Below, one piece after another: positions 1-8,990 of a DNA stretch of 64,000 nt. The first letter of the stretch is position 1, and each line of letters opens with the position of its first letter. The DNA lies in contig SHMW01000001.1 in the NCBI GenBank assembly GCA_008080735.1, positions 53,037-117,036 of the forward strand, read 5' to 3'. The notes under the pieces were generated by a model. It was not told the origin of the DNA, did not search any database, and saw only the letters and a list, made by a program, of their open reading frames with translations. Both the position numbers and the translations under genes were made by a program. The stretch is from Promethearchaeota archaeon. GTDB lineage: Archaea > Asgardarchaeota > Lokiarchaeia > Sigyniarchaeales > SOKP01.

Positions 1-282
1 TTCGGAATCTGTCCCGCACACCGCCCCTATACAGAAGCCATACCCTTGATGAGCATCAGAAAGCGCAATCACATGCTTTTCTACTCCATCTAAACACGCT
101 ACATTACTAATCTGTTCTAATGTTCTATCTTCTTGAATTTTTGATAATATTTCCTCATTTGCATAGATATGAACAGGAACTTTCATTTTAAAGCTTTCAA
201 TCGTCCCTGAAACTCTGGCCATTAGTCTTTTTGGCGGAATTTCATAAATATACTCATCGATTTTATTTACATTCATGTTCAT
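1..282 (-). CDS. rtcB: tRNA-splicing ligase RtcB, N-terminal part (runs off the window edge)
   Basis: Not in the ORF track. Manual translation of the minus strand from ATG at 282 gives MNMNVNKIDEYIYEIPP...MKVPVHIYANEEILSKIQEDRTLEQISNVACLDGVEKHVIALSDAHQGYGFCIGAV, matching the RtcB D-x-H-x-GYGF-x-IG motif. Confidence 0.9.
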   Translation of the reverse strand, partial: MNMNVNKIDEYIYEIPPKRLMARVSGTIESFKMKVPVHIYANEEILSKIQEDRTLEQISNVACLDGVEKHVIALSDAHQGYGFCIGAVCGTDSE

Positions 283-410
283 ATCAGTTAAGAAAGGGTT
301 GCTGCTAACAAAAAATTTGGTATTTTCAACTATGGTCTTAAAATGTTTTTTGTAAATCTAAATATAAAAAAATATTATACTCCCTTTTTCCTAGGTATGA
401 AATTTATCAA

Positions 411-1136
411 TTATTTTATTTCTATGAACTTAAGCAATCCAAGGTTATCTAAATTGTCAATAATGACTTGAATTTTTGCTTCTGGAAGCCCAGCATCTTC
501 GGCAATATCCGTAACAGTATGAAATCCGTCCGCAAGATGGGCAATTTCATATTGTTTCTCATTTAAAAAACCTTGAGTTATTACTTGTTTGGGTAGTCTT
601 TTTGAGGTCCAATCTGGTTTGGTATCTGATACAGTACGTAAATCATCCTCGGAAAGAGTCATACCTTTCTTTTGTAAGCGAGATTGAGATTTTTTAAAAT
701 CCTTTTTGTAAATTTTTAATATTGGAATGCGAATTGGGATTTCAGCTACTCTGCCGTTTTCTAAAATTTCATCAACCTGTTCTGCAAAATCACGGAAAAT
801 ACGTACATCACCGGACCATTTATCAAGAATGTTCCCGAACTGATCAATAAATTTATCGATAATATTATTTAATGCCTTATGAGTGATTTTTGCATCATCG
901 TTCTTATCAGCGGCAGCAGTGATTAGCACACCCTCCCGAAATACCAGCATCAAATAAAATACTTGCATGTCAATTACCTTCAATTCTCCTGAGCCCTTTG
1001 AAAATTCTATGCTAAAATCTTTTAACGCGGTTAAAAACCCACTTACCAAGTCTTGATTAAATTCTATTGAACCGTATTTTCTATGTAATAGACAAATTCC
1101 GGTTTTCTGGTCAATAATATATACATTATGTATCAA
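411..1136 (-). CDS. Longin-like domain protein with C-terminal winged-helix domain (Asgard-type)
   Basis: N-terminal VYIIDQKTGICLLHRKYG...DLVSGFLTALKDFS longin/sigma-adaptin-like pattern. C-terminal DGFHTVTDIAEDAGLPEAKIQVIIDNLDNLGLLKF is a wHTH. Confidence 0.7.
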   Translation of the reverse strand: MIHNVYIIDQKTGICLLHRKYGSIEFNQDLVSGFLTALKDFSIEFSKGSGELKVIDMQVFYLMLVFREGVLITAAADKNDDAKITHKALNNIIDKFIDQFGNILDKWSGDVRIFRDFAEQVDEILENGRVAEIPIRIPILKIYKKDFKKSQSRLQKKGMTLSEDDLRTVSDTKPDWTSKRLPKQVITQGFLNEKQYEIAHLADGFHTVTDIAEDAGLPEAKIQVIIDNLDNLGLLKFIEIK

Positions 1137-1308
1137 GATGACACCTCAAAAAATTTTCACTAACGTTTTTTTGTTATAGATATCTAATAAAATTCCAATT
1201 ATTTAAATTTCTTTTCGTTTAATCTCCATAAATAATTCAATAATTTATAGTAAACTGAGTCCGATCTTTTGTGTAGCATTTTTATCTATTTAGAATTTTT
1301 ATATAATT

Positions 1309-1629
1309 ATGAGACAATTCGTATTTTTCGTGACAGTACCTTCTAAAGAAGAGGGAGAAAAGATCGCCAAACACCTTGTAGAACAGAAAATTGTTGCGTG
1401 CGTGAATATCATACACGATATCCACTCGATTTATCGATGGAAAGGTGAGATCGAAGAGGATAACGAATACTTATTGGTGATGAAGACCACTAAAGAGAAA
1501 AAATCAAATTTAATCCGAGCCATAGAGAAACTTCATAGTTATGAGACACCAGAATGTATTGGATGGAAAATTGATACGGGCTCGAAAACATATTTAAGAT
1601 GGATAGAAAATTCCACAAGGGGTACGTAA
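1309..1629 (+). CDS. cutA: Divalent-cation tolerance protein CutA
   Basis: ACVNI, SIYRWKG, E-x-LLVMKT, HSYETPE motifs; 106 aa. Confidence 0.95.
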   Translation: MRQFVFFVTVPSKEEGEKIAKHLVEQKIVACVNIIHDIHSIYRWKGEIEEDNEYLLVMKTTKEKKSNLIRAIEKLHSYETPECIGWKIDTGSKTYLRWIENSTRGT

Positions 1630-1650
1630 TATAATATAGAGTGAGATTCT

Positions 1651-2463
1651 ATGAATATATTTCATTTAGACTGGGTTGCAATTAGCTCTGTTGTTATTAT
1701 TCTTCTGCTTATTCTATTGATTTCTGTGAAATTATACAAACACTTTTCCAGATGGCGTGGATATATTTCACATAGCGCTATAGAGACCAAAAATCTCACA
1801 AAATTAAAATCAAAATTACCCTCTTTAAGGCGATTTTCTACCATAATTTTCGCCAAAAAGAAGAATTGGAAAGGCTTTTTAAAAGCTCAATCAGAATCTT
1901 CTCTTTATATCATTATCGGGGATTATTGGTTTCAAAAGCTTCAGAAGATTTTCATCGAATCTCTCTGCACGTATGGACAGCAAGTGATTTCTTTGACCCT
2001 CTTCCCTCGTTTCATTTACAAACTGAAAAGGAAAACAGCAAAATTGAGTTTAAAGGAAACTCTCTCTACCCTTATGTCATATCTTAATCAAAAGGGATAT
2101 ATGAATTGTGAAAAGTATTCTTTTATAGATACCACGGGAACAGAACTGTACTTCAAGAGTCTTTTTTGCGATCCAACAGTTTTCGCACTTATATCAATTA
2201 ACCCAAAAATTACTAAATCTTCCTTATCTATTTTACATAAGATTCTATCTAAGCGCATCCATAATAAATGGTATTGTATATTCAGCCATTATTCATATTT
2301 ATTCCTTAAAAATAGATATCAAAGACGCTTAGAAACTCACCTTCCAGATGGTATCCCGGATAAGGTTAAGATAGTATCTATTAAGAATGCGAGATATTCA
2401 TTTCGTAATTACGAAACCATTTTATTGGCAGAAATTATCCATATAGTCAAGGAAAATGTCTGA
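1651..2463 (+). CDS. Hypothetical membrane-anchored protein (possibly degenerate alpha/beta fold)
   Basis: 270-aa ORF in operon context with an N-terminal hydrophobic helix; no catalytic motif recognised. Confidence 0.5.
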   Translation: MNIFHLDWVAISSVVIILLLILLISVKLYKHFSRWRGYISHSAIETKNLTKLKSKLPSLRRFSTIIFAKKKNWKGFLKAQSESSLYIIIGDYWFQKLQKIFIESLCTYGQQVISLTLFPRFIYKLKRKTAKLSLKETLSTLMSYLNQKGYMNCEKYSFIDTTGTELYFKSLFCDPTVFALISINPKITKSSLSILHKILSKRIHNKWYCIFSHYSYLFLKNRYQRRLETHLPDGIPDKVKIVSIKNARYSFRNYETILLAEIIHIVKENV

Positions 2464-3154
2464 ACGTATCCAGAGAGAATTTTACAGGAAAATAACATAT
2501 TCGCAAAAACATTGGGCCCTATTGGAAAAAAAAAGAGCGCTAGCACTGGAGGTGTTAGAAATTTTTAAGACACAAAACCTTTCACCTTACCTTTACGGAA
2601 GTACTGCGCGAGGAGATGTCCACAACCATAGCGACATTGATCTCGCCTTCCTGCATCGCGTACCAGCCTTCAAAATTGAATTTCTCTTGAATCAAAACGG
2701 ATATAGAAATTATAGGCGAGAAATAATAATGGCAACCCCTGGCGATGCGATAAAATTATATATTTATTTGAGTGAGTTGACCGCTATTACCCTTCCTCTT
2801 ACGAAATTAACCAAAACTTCGCTCGAGTTTTATGGTTTCGGAGGAAAAATCGATTATGAGGGAATTATAGAGAATGAACGGGTTCCAGGAATTGATAAAC
2901 GTTTAGTTCTGATTACACCCCAATCGTATGGCCATGAGGAACGTTCTGTTATTAATCGAGAGAATATTGCTGCAAAAGAGGTGGGAGTCACTATTGAAAC
3001 TATTTATGAAAGAGAGAGAGTACTCCTTCGAAGGGAGAAACACGGCAGAACGGGAGTATTTCTCAAAAGGGAATTATCACCACAAGAAACACCCGAAGGA
3101 GTCCTTGAAAACCTAGCAAGAAAAAATCCAATTATTAGAAAAAAAATATATTAA
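2456..3154 (+). CDS. Archaeal DNA polymerase beta-family nucleotidyltransferase (COG2413-like)
   Basis: YGSTARGDVHNHSDIDL (GS...DxD) plus RVPGIDKRL and ER-x-RVL-x-RR...GRTGVF motifs. Confidence 0.85.
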   Translation: MSERIQREFYRKITYSQKHWALLEKKRALALEVLEIFKTQNLSPYLYGSTARGDVHNHSDIDLAFLHRVPAFKIEFLLNQNGYRNYRREIIMATPGDAIKLYIYLSELTAITLPLTKLTKTSLEFYGFGGKIDYEGIIENERVPGIDKRLVLITPQSYGHEERSVINRENIAAKEVGVTIETIYERERVLLRREKHGRTGVFLKRELSPQETPEGVLENLARKNPIIRKKIY

Positions 3155-3155
3155 T

Positions 3156-4307
3156 ATGTCAAAAGCGAAGATTATTGAAACAAAAGAGTCAAATTATTGT
3201 ATAAAAGCAAGAGGGATCCCGAAAGGGTGTCAACTATGCCTAAAGGGATTAAAATCTGTTCTATTCCTCAATGGACTCTGTCAAAAACCTGAGAAATGCA
3301 CATGGTATTGTCCACTTTCAGAGGTGAGGCGAAATAAAAATATCACCTTTATAAATGAAATACAAATTACGGAAGATGATGAAATAATAAAAGAAATATA
3401 TAAATCGGGGTCACAAGGAATCAGTATCACGGGGGGAGAACCGTTCTTTGCCAATAATACGGAAAAGACCTTAAAATATATCAAACATATTAAGAATGAG
3501 TTCGGAGAAAAGTTTCATATACACCTCTATACAAATGGAATTGGCTTTACAGAAACAATAGCAAATAAACTCGCTGATCTGGGTTTAGATGAAATACGAT
3601 TTCATCCTCCCAAAGAGTCATGGATAAATATTAAAAGAGCACTGAATAAAGGAATAACCGTAGGCGTTGAAGTCCCCCTCATTCCTAACTCAGAATACCT
3701 CGCTCAATTAAAAGAATTGGTACTCTATTTAGATCAAATCAGGGCCGAATTTATAAATTTGAATGAATTTGAATATTGTTTCCCAAACAGTCGCTCATTA
3801 AAGGAAAAAGGGTATTTGCTTAAAGAAGGCTCGATTGCAACCGTCCAAAGAAGCAGAGAAAAAGCATATGAATTTATGGAAGAAATAAACTCTAAAGTCT
3901 CACTGAAAATGCATTTCTGCTCGATTCGGGCCAAAGATTATTATCAACTAAAAAATCGCTATTATCAACGGGCAAAACATATTAAAAAACCCTATGAAGA
4001 GATTACTGACGAGGGATTATTAGTATATGGCCAAATTGAGGGTGATAAGGATGAATTGAACGTCTTGTATGATGAATTAAGATATAGCTCTCAGATCCCA
4101 TTAAAATACATCCAATTTGCTGAGTACATGATTTTTTTACCTTATTACCTCTTAATTGATGACGATTTTTTGGAATTTCTTAATCAATTTAATGTGGAAG
4201 GGTATATAGTTGAAGCAATTCCTTTTCGGAGGGATATATACCGCCAAATTACTGAAAAAACCCCAATTATGGTATTCAAGAAAGAATTATGTGAAGATGA
4301 GGATTAG
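3156..4307 (+). CDS. Radical SAM protein (COG2108-like)
   Basis: PKGCQLC, variant Cys cluster C-QKPEK-C-TWY-C, ITGGEP, HIHLYT, LDEIRFHP, NLNEFE. Confidence 0.85.
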   Translation: MSKAKIIETKESNYCIKARGIPKGCQLCLKGLKSVLFLNGLCQKPEKCTWYCPLSEVRRNKNITFINEIQITEDDEIIKEIYKSGSQGISITGGEPFFANNTEKTLKYIKHIKNEFGEKFHIHLYTNGIGFTETIANKLADLGLDEIRFHPPKESWINIKRALNKGITVGVEVPLIPNSEYLAQLKELVLYLDQIRAEFINLNEFEYCFPNSRSLKEKGYLLKEGSIATVQRSREKAYEFMEEINSKVSLKMHFCSIRAKDYYQLKNRYYQRAKHIKKPYEEITDEGLLVYGQIEGDKDELNVLYDELRYSSQIPLKYIQFAEYMIFLPYYLLIDDDFLEFLNQFNVEGYIVEAIPFRRDIYRQITEKTPIMVFKKELCEDED

Positions 4308-4776
4308 AACTGTTAAAAAGAAGGATTTATACAAAATTACCAAGTTAGAAAAGAAAATATTCCAAGATCAAGCATTTTCCAAAAGCTTAATGAAAGAACT
4401 CTTGGATCAGAGCTTACTATTTCATAAAATAGAAATGAAAATATTATTTACAAAATTGATTGGATTTATTATTCTGATAAAAGATATGAACGATCGAGCT
4501 AATCTTATTAATTTTGCAATTAAACCTAAATATCAAGGAAGAGGTTATGGCACGCTCCTCCTGAAAAATAGCCTTGACTGGCTTCGGTCAAATCATTCCT
4601 TGATAAAAAAAATAATTCTAAATGTGAAAACAGATAATAACAGAGCAATCCGTCTGTATGAAAAATTTGAATTTCATATCGTTAAAAAAATAGAAAAATA
4701 TTATCAGAATAAAGAAGCGGCATATTTAATGGAATTAAATCTAGAGTCCGTAAAGAAATACGACTTATCACTATGA
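4297..4776 (+). CDS. GNAT N-acetyltransferase (RimI/Ard1-like)
   Basis: YQGRGYG acetyl-CoA motif, N-x-x-AIRLY, YY...AYLM. Start moved from 4210 to ATG 4297 (MRIRTV), which overlaps the upstream stop. Confidence 0.85.
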   Translation: MRIRTVKKKDLYKITKLEKKIFQDQAFSKSLMKELLDQSLLFHKIEMKILFTKLIGFIILIKDMNDRANLINFAIKPKYQGRGYGTLLLKNSLDWLRSNHSLIKKIILNVKTDNNRAIRLYEKFEFHIVKKIEKYYQNKEAAYLMELNLESVKKYDLSL

Positions 4777-4937
4777 TTTAAAACTAAAATATGAATGAAC
4801 TTAGTACATACATTATTGACTTAAGACTGCTCTCCTTTTATTTTCTGATAAACCCAAGAACTTATATATAAAAATTTAGTTACTCTTGATAGTAAGAATA
4901 TAATAAAAGAATAATTAATGTTGCAAGGTGTTGACAT

Positions 4938-5096
4938 ATTCCCCAGTTAGATGATGAATTAAAAAATGAGATAAAAAAAGGCGTTAAGTTAGAGAAATTA
5001 AGCGAAGAAGAAAGGAAGAAAATCGAGGAAGAGCGAAAGAAACGACAAGAAGAACTTCAAAAAGTAAAAGAAGCCTTAGAAAAAGGTCAAGGCTAA
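4938..5096 (+). CDS. Putative 52-aa micro-protein with WH2-like motif and charged helix (ATT start)
   Basis: Open frame IPQLDDELKNEIKKGVKLEKLSEEERKKIEEERKKRQEELQKVKEALEKGQG*. AGGTG lies 7 nt before the ATT, a TATA-like element is near 4862 and an oligo-T tract follows the stop. Confidence 0.55.
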   Translation: MPQLDDELKNEIKKGVKLEKLSEEERKKIEEERKKRQEELQKVKEALEKGQG

Positions 5097-5237
5097 TCAA
5101 ATCACTTTTTTTGTACTTATATTTTATTTTTCTTTTTTTATTAAATTTAGAAAGTCCATATAAGGATTAAGAATTAATCTTATCTTTTACCAAATACTCA
5201 TTAGAGGTAATAGATCAAATCTTATGGAGATAGATTA

Positions 5238-6308
5238 GTGCAGATCCTTGATCAAGATAAGAAAAAAGGCGAAATCACGGTAAGAGTGCAAGATTTAAAT
5301 GATTTATGGACGCTCTACAATATCATTTCAAAAGGAGATACAGTTTCATCATTAACGCAAAGGAGAGTTGTAATGAAAGAAGGGAGCAGTGGAGAGAGAA
5401 AAGTAATGCGGCTCACGTTAAAAGTTGAAGATGTCGCGTTTCATGAATTCAGCAATCGTTTGAGGATAAAAGGCACGATATTGGAAGGACCCGATGATTT
5501 TGTAAGTTTTGGCTCCTATCACACTTTCAATTTAGAAATTAACCAAAAAATTACTATTATCAAAGAGAATTGGATGCGTCAAGACTTAATGAGATTGAAA
5601 GAATCGTCAAAATTATCTACGAATTTTGTTATGCTTATTATAGCAATGGAAACGGGATTAGCAAATGTGGCGCTTATTACTAATTACAGTCATAATAATA
5701 TCGCAACGATTACTAAAACTATTCCCGGAAAGCGATATGAACAATCCTTTCGAAAAAAGTTCTTGCACGATTTTTTTGAGGACGTGCAGCGGGTAATTGA
5801 ATCGAACACGGAAACCAGAGATATTAACCTTATAATTATCTGCGGTCCGGGGACGGTCAAAGATCAGTTTATTCGATGGTTAAAAGAAAACTCAAGTCAA
5901 GAGTTTGATAATATGAGAAGTATCCATGCGAGTTCTGGAACCGAAAGCGCGATTTATGAGACGCTCAAATCACAGGAACTGGCAAAATTAAAAAAAAATA
6001 TCAAAATTCTACAAGAAACCGAAAAAATTGAACAAGTCTTAACACAACTGGGAAAGGATGCAGATTTAATTTCGATTGGCGTAGCAGAGGTGGCAAAGGC
6101 AGCGCAAATGGGAGCAGTGGAACAATTACTTGTTGCCGACATTGTCATTCGAGGAGCATCTAAGGCGAAAAAATTGGAAATAGAAGAAATAATAACCAAT
6201 GTGGAGCAAACTGGGGGACAAGTGGATATTCTTAATACAAAACACCCGGCAGGAGAACAACTTACTGATCTGGGCTCGCTTATTGCGATCTTACGATATA
6301 AGTTCTGA
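5238..6308 (+). CDS. pelA: mRNA surveillance protein pelota
   Basis: DLWTLYNII, RLRIKG, GSYHT, IPGKRY, GPG and HPAGEQL...G..AILRY motifs of the eRF1/pelota family. Confidence 0.95.
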   Translation: MQILDQDKKKGEITVRVQDLNDLWTLYNIISKGDTVSSLTQRRVVMKEGSSGERKVMRLTLKVEDVAFHEFSNRLRIKGTILEGPDDFVSFGSYHTFNLEINQKITIIKENWMRQDLMRLKESSKLSTNFVMLIIAMETGLANVALITNYSHNNIATITKTIPGKRYEQSFRKKFLHDFFEDVQRVIESNTETRDINLIIICGPGTVKDQFIRWLKENSSQEFDNMRSIHASSGTESAIYETLKSQELAKLKKNIKILQETEKIEQVLTQLGKDADLISIGVAEVAKAAQMGAVEQLLVADIVIRGASKAKKLEIEEIITNVEQTGGQVDILNTKHPAGEQLTDLGSLIAILRYKF

Positions 6309-6328
6309 TTTCCTTCAAAGGTTATATA

Positions 6329-7360
6329 ATGGCAGAAAAAATTATTTACCTCAACCAAGATTCTGGAATCCCACTCTTTGGGTTAGATTTTATTGGAATC
6401 ATTGATAGAGGAACAAATATCATCGAATTGAAGCCGCTCACATTATGCAATATAAAATGTAGATATTGTTTTGTAAGTGCGGGAGAATTTCGAACTAATT
6501 TTATCATTGACCCCACCTATTTTTTAGAGGGTGTTCGAACCCTCATTGACCTTAAAGGTGCTTATGATATTGAAATTCATATAGCGCCTTATGGAGAAAT
6601 CTTTCTCTATAAAGATCTCCTTATGCTCCTGGACTTATTGTGGCAACTCGAAGGTATTACAACCATTTCCATTCAAACAAATGGGCTTTTACTTACTCCT
6701 TCCCTCATAAAATCCTTGGAATCGGTAAATGTCACACGTCTAAATATCAGTATTAATACTCTCAATGAGAAATTGGCTCAATATTTGTCGGGTTGTGAGA
6801 ACTATGATATTAACTCTCTTATGAAGAATGTCAAATTATTGTTAGAATCAAATATTGATGTTTTAATTGCCCCTGTGTGGTTTCCTGGTGTGAATGATGA
6901 GGATATCGAGGACATAATTTCATTTGTCGTTGAAATGCGCACCATGGGGTATTCTAATCTCGATATCCAACTCGGAATTCAAAAATATTTAATTTATCGA
7001 ACTGGGAGAAAACTTAAGAAAATCCGACCAAAAACATGGGGCTATTTTTACCAACAACTCGGGAATTTAGAAGAGAGGTATGATATAAAACTCAAATTAG
7101 GACCTCACGATTTTAATATTCACGATCGCCCGCTCTATTCTATTGATATCAATGAAGGTGAAATACTTCCCGTCACTATTAAAGCCCCGGGACGATGGAA
7201 AAATGAATGTATTGGGGTTATAAACGAGTTGTCTGCTGTTAAGGTATTATTAAATAGTCCACTCGAATATTCGGACACGCTTCTCGGAAAAAATATCAAT
7301 GTAAAGATTTTAAAATCAACTCAGTATGATAGTATCATCACCACCTATCTCCCATATTGA
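6329..7360 (+). CDS. Radical SAM protein with C-terminal TRAM-like domain (COG2100-like)
   Basis: GIIDRGTNIIE, CNIKCRYC (CxxxCxxC), QTNG, APVW-x-PG-x-ND. Confidence 0.85.
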   Translation: MAEKIIYLNQDSGIPLFGLDFIGIIDRGTNIIELKPLTLCNIKCRYCFVSAGEFRTNFIIDPTYFLEGVRTLIDLKGAYDIEIHIAPYGEIFLYKDLLMLLDLLWQLEGITTISIQTNGLLLTPSLIKSLESVNVTRLNISINTLNEKLAQYLSGCENYDINSLMKNVKLLLESNIDVLIAPVWFPGVNDEDIEDIISFVVEMRTMGYSNLDIQLGIQKYLIYRTGRKLKKIRPKTWGYFYQQLGNLEERYDIKLKLGPHDFNIHDRPLYSIDINEGEILPVTIKAPGRWKNECIGVINELSAVKVLLNSPLEYSDTLLGKNINVKILKSTQYDSIITTYLPY

Positions 7361-7445
7361 GTAATGTGAAAAAATTATAATAGGGTATTTTATCTTATTG
7401 TATTCATAGATTAATTCAATCGTTATTTACTATCAATAATATTTA

Positions 7446-8078
7446 GTGGTGATAAGCTTGCCTATTATAACCCATGAAGATGAACTTGACCTTGCACGGC
7501 TTGAAGATGAGCTTGTGGATAAACTTGAATACCATGCGAAAGAGCAGAGTAAGGTGATAAAAGCACAAAAAAAGCTAGCTGAGAGAATTACTGATATGAA
7601 TATCTCTCGAAAAGCTTTGAACAGAACGATGAGAGATGTCTTTAAACAAATGCAAATGTTAGCACGCGAACATAGATCCAACGTAAAGGAAGAAGATGTA
7701 AATTTAATGGAGGAACTCATCCGACAAAACGATAAATATATAGAAGCGAATGATAAATATTTAAATGCCATGAAAGATCTGGCTGTGCGTAAAGATTATC
7801 TCGTCGAAAAGAAAATGGAATTCGCAGAAGCTTTAGAGGAAGTCGCTGAGAAAAGAGAAGTTGTAATAAAGAAAGCACTTGACGTTGAGAAGGCCAAAAA
7901 TAAGATGATCGAAGGAGATAAATTAAATCGTCTTGATCAAGAACTTAACGATATCCAACGAGAATTTGACAGAGCTCGGGATATCTTGCTCAAAAAGATT
8001 GAGCAGTTTTTAGATGTTCGCAAAGAAATAAATGAACTGTGGCTCAAATTAGAACAAAGTACAACTGAATTAAGTTAG
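7446..8078 (+). CDS. All-helical coiled-coil protein, BAR (SNX/Vps5-type)-like
   Basis: About 205 aa of long amphipathic helices. The C-terminal KAKNKMIEGDKLNRLDQELNDIQREFDRA...EQF...INELW resembles SNX-BAR helix 2/3. The true start is probably the TTG after GGTGA. Confidence 0.5.
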   Translation: MVISLPIITHEDELDLARLEDELVDKLEYHAKEQSKVIKAQKKLAERITDMNISRKALNRTMRDVFKQMQMLAREHRSNVKEEDVNLMEELIRQNDKYIEANDKYLNAMKDLAVRKDYLVEKKMEFAEALEEVAEKREVVIKKALDVEKAKNKMIEGDKLNRLDQELNDIQREFDRARDILLKKIEQFLDVRKEINELWLKLEQSTTELS

Positions 8079-8260
8079 GATTTAATAACATTTTTTTTCA
8101 CTTTTTTTCTTAGTATAAAATTGGGATCTGATATTTCTATGTCTTAGAACGCTATAGAAAAATTAGCTCAAACTTAATAAATCTAAAATAATATGTTATA
8201 TAGTGAATTTGATAGAAATTTTATCAGAAATTATAACGAAAAAGAGAAAAAGGAGTAAAA

Positions 8261-8773
8261 ATGGCAGAGGAATTTAGTAGTTTTCTTGCATCAGCGAAAA
8301 AAGAGCCTATAGAGGAAAAGGTTAACCAATTCGGCGAGATTGTAGAGAAGATCATGAGTATTGTACTCCGTATCCCGGATTTAGTCGATCAATCCATCGC
8401 AACCATCAATCAAAAAATTTCAGGCTTAGAATCAAAAGTTAATAACATGAATAGCGAAATTTCGTCCTTAAAAAGTCAAGTGAGTTCAGGTGCTACAGCT
8501 TCTGGAGGGTCTAGTTCTGGCTCAGCACCCGGAGGCCCAACTGGGAAAGCACCCGGAGGCCCACCGCCAGGGCCATCAAAACCATCGGGTGGCGCACCTG
8601 GAGGACCGCCTGGAGGACCACCTGGAGGACCACCACCTGGACCAGGAGGCGGAGCGCCTGGAGGACCACCTGGAGGGCCAGGAGGCGGATCGAAGCCCGC
8701 AAACCCGGTATCTCTTAGAGGCGCGATTATGGGCGAACTAAAAGAACTCTTTGCAAAGAAAAACCGAAAATAG
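8261..8773 (+). CDS. Coiled-coil / Pro-Gly-rich / C-terminal basic amphipathic helix protein (actin-regulator-like architecture)
   Basis: Good RBS (GGAG). N-terminal heptads, GGPPGGPPPGP repeats and a terminal RGAIMGELKELFAKKNRK. Confidence 0.6.
   Translation: MAEEFSSFLASAKKEPIEEKVNQFGEIVEKIMSIVLRIPDLVDQSIATINQKISGLESKVNNMNSEISSLKSQVSSGATASGGSSSGSAPGGPTGKAPGGPPPGPSKPSGGAPGGPPGGPPGGPPPGPGGGAPGGPPGGPGGGSKPANPVSLRGAIMGELKELFAKKNRK
8525..8690 (+). repeat. GC-rich imperfect tandem repeats (cctggaggacca-type 12-mers) encoding Gly-Pro tracts
   Basis: Repeated cctggaggaccg/cca and gcacccggaggccca units within CDS 8261-8773. Confidence 0.8.
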
Positions 8774-8990
8774 TTCAGTAGCGCCCCAATTTTTTCCTTA
8801 TCTTATTTTAGCTCACAGATTTCTTATATATAGGTGCATTTGTCTTTCTGGGGAAGAAATACTTTTAAGAGTATGAGTTCTAAAATTAATTTTTAATTTC
8901 TACTTCAATTACCTACCCCATCCACTTATATCAAGATTTAAAAACGAAAATACTTATAATCTATCATACGGGACAAAATGAGGGACATTT

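Noticed and set aside
190-235. In-frame insertions in RtcB, and likewise in uL2 (about 43260-43320) and SBDS (about 56375-56460), as further introns
   Set aside because: They contain no stops and I could not find a 4-bp helix with correctly placed 3-nt bulges; they read as ordinary protein loops.
8525-8690. Repeats as a CRISPR array
   Set aside because: Short coding tandem repeats without unique spacers; no CRISPR array or cas gene was seen anywhere in the window.
8490-8741. Alternative-frame ORFs 8490-8741 (+) and 8511-8702 (-) with LEDH/VVLQ repeats
   Set aside because: Shadows of the Gly-Pro repeat in 8261-8773.
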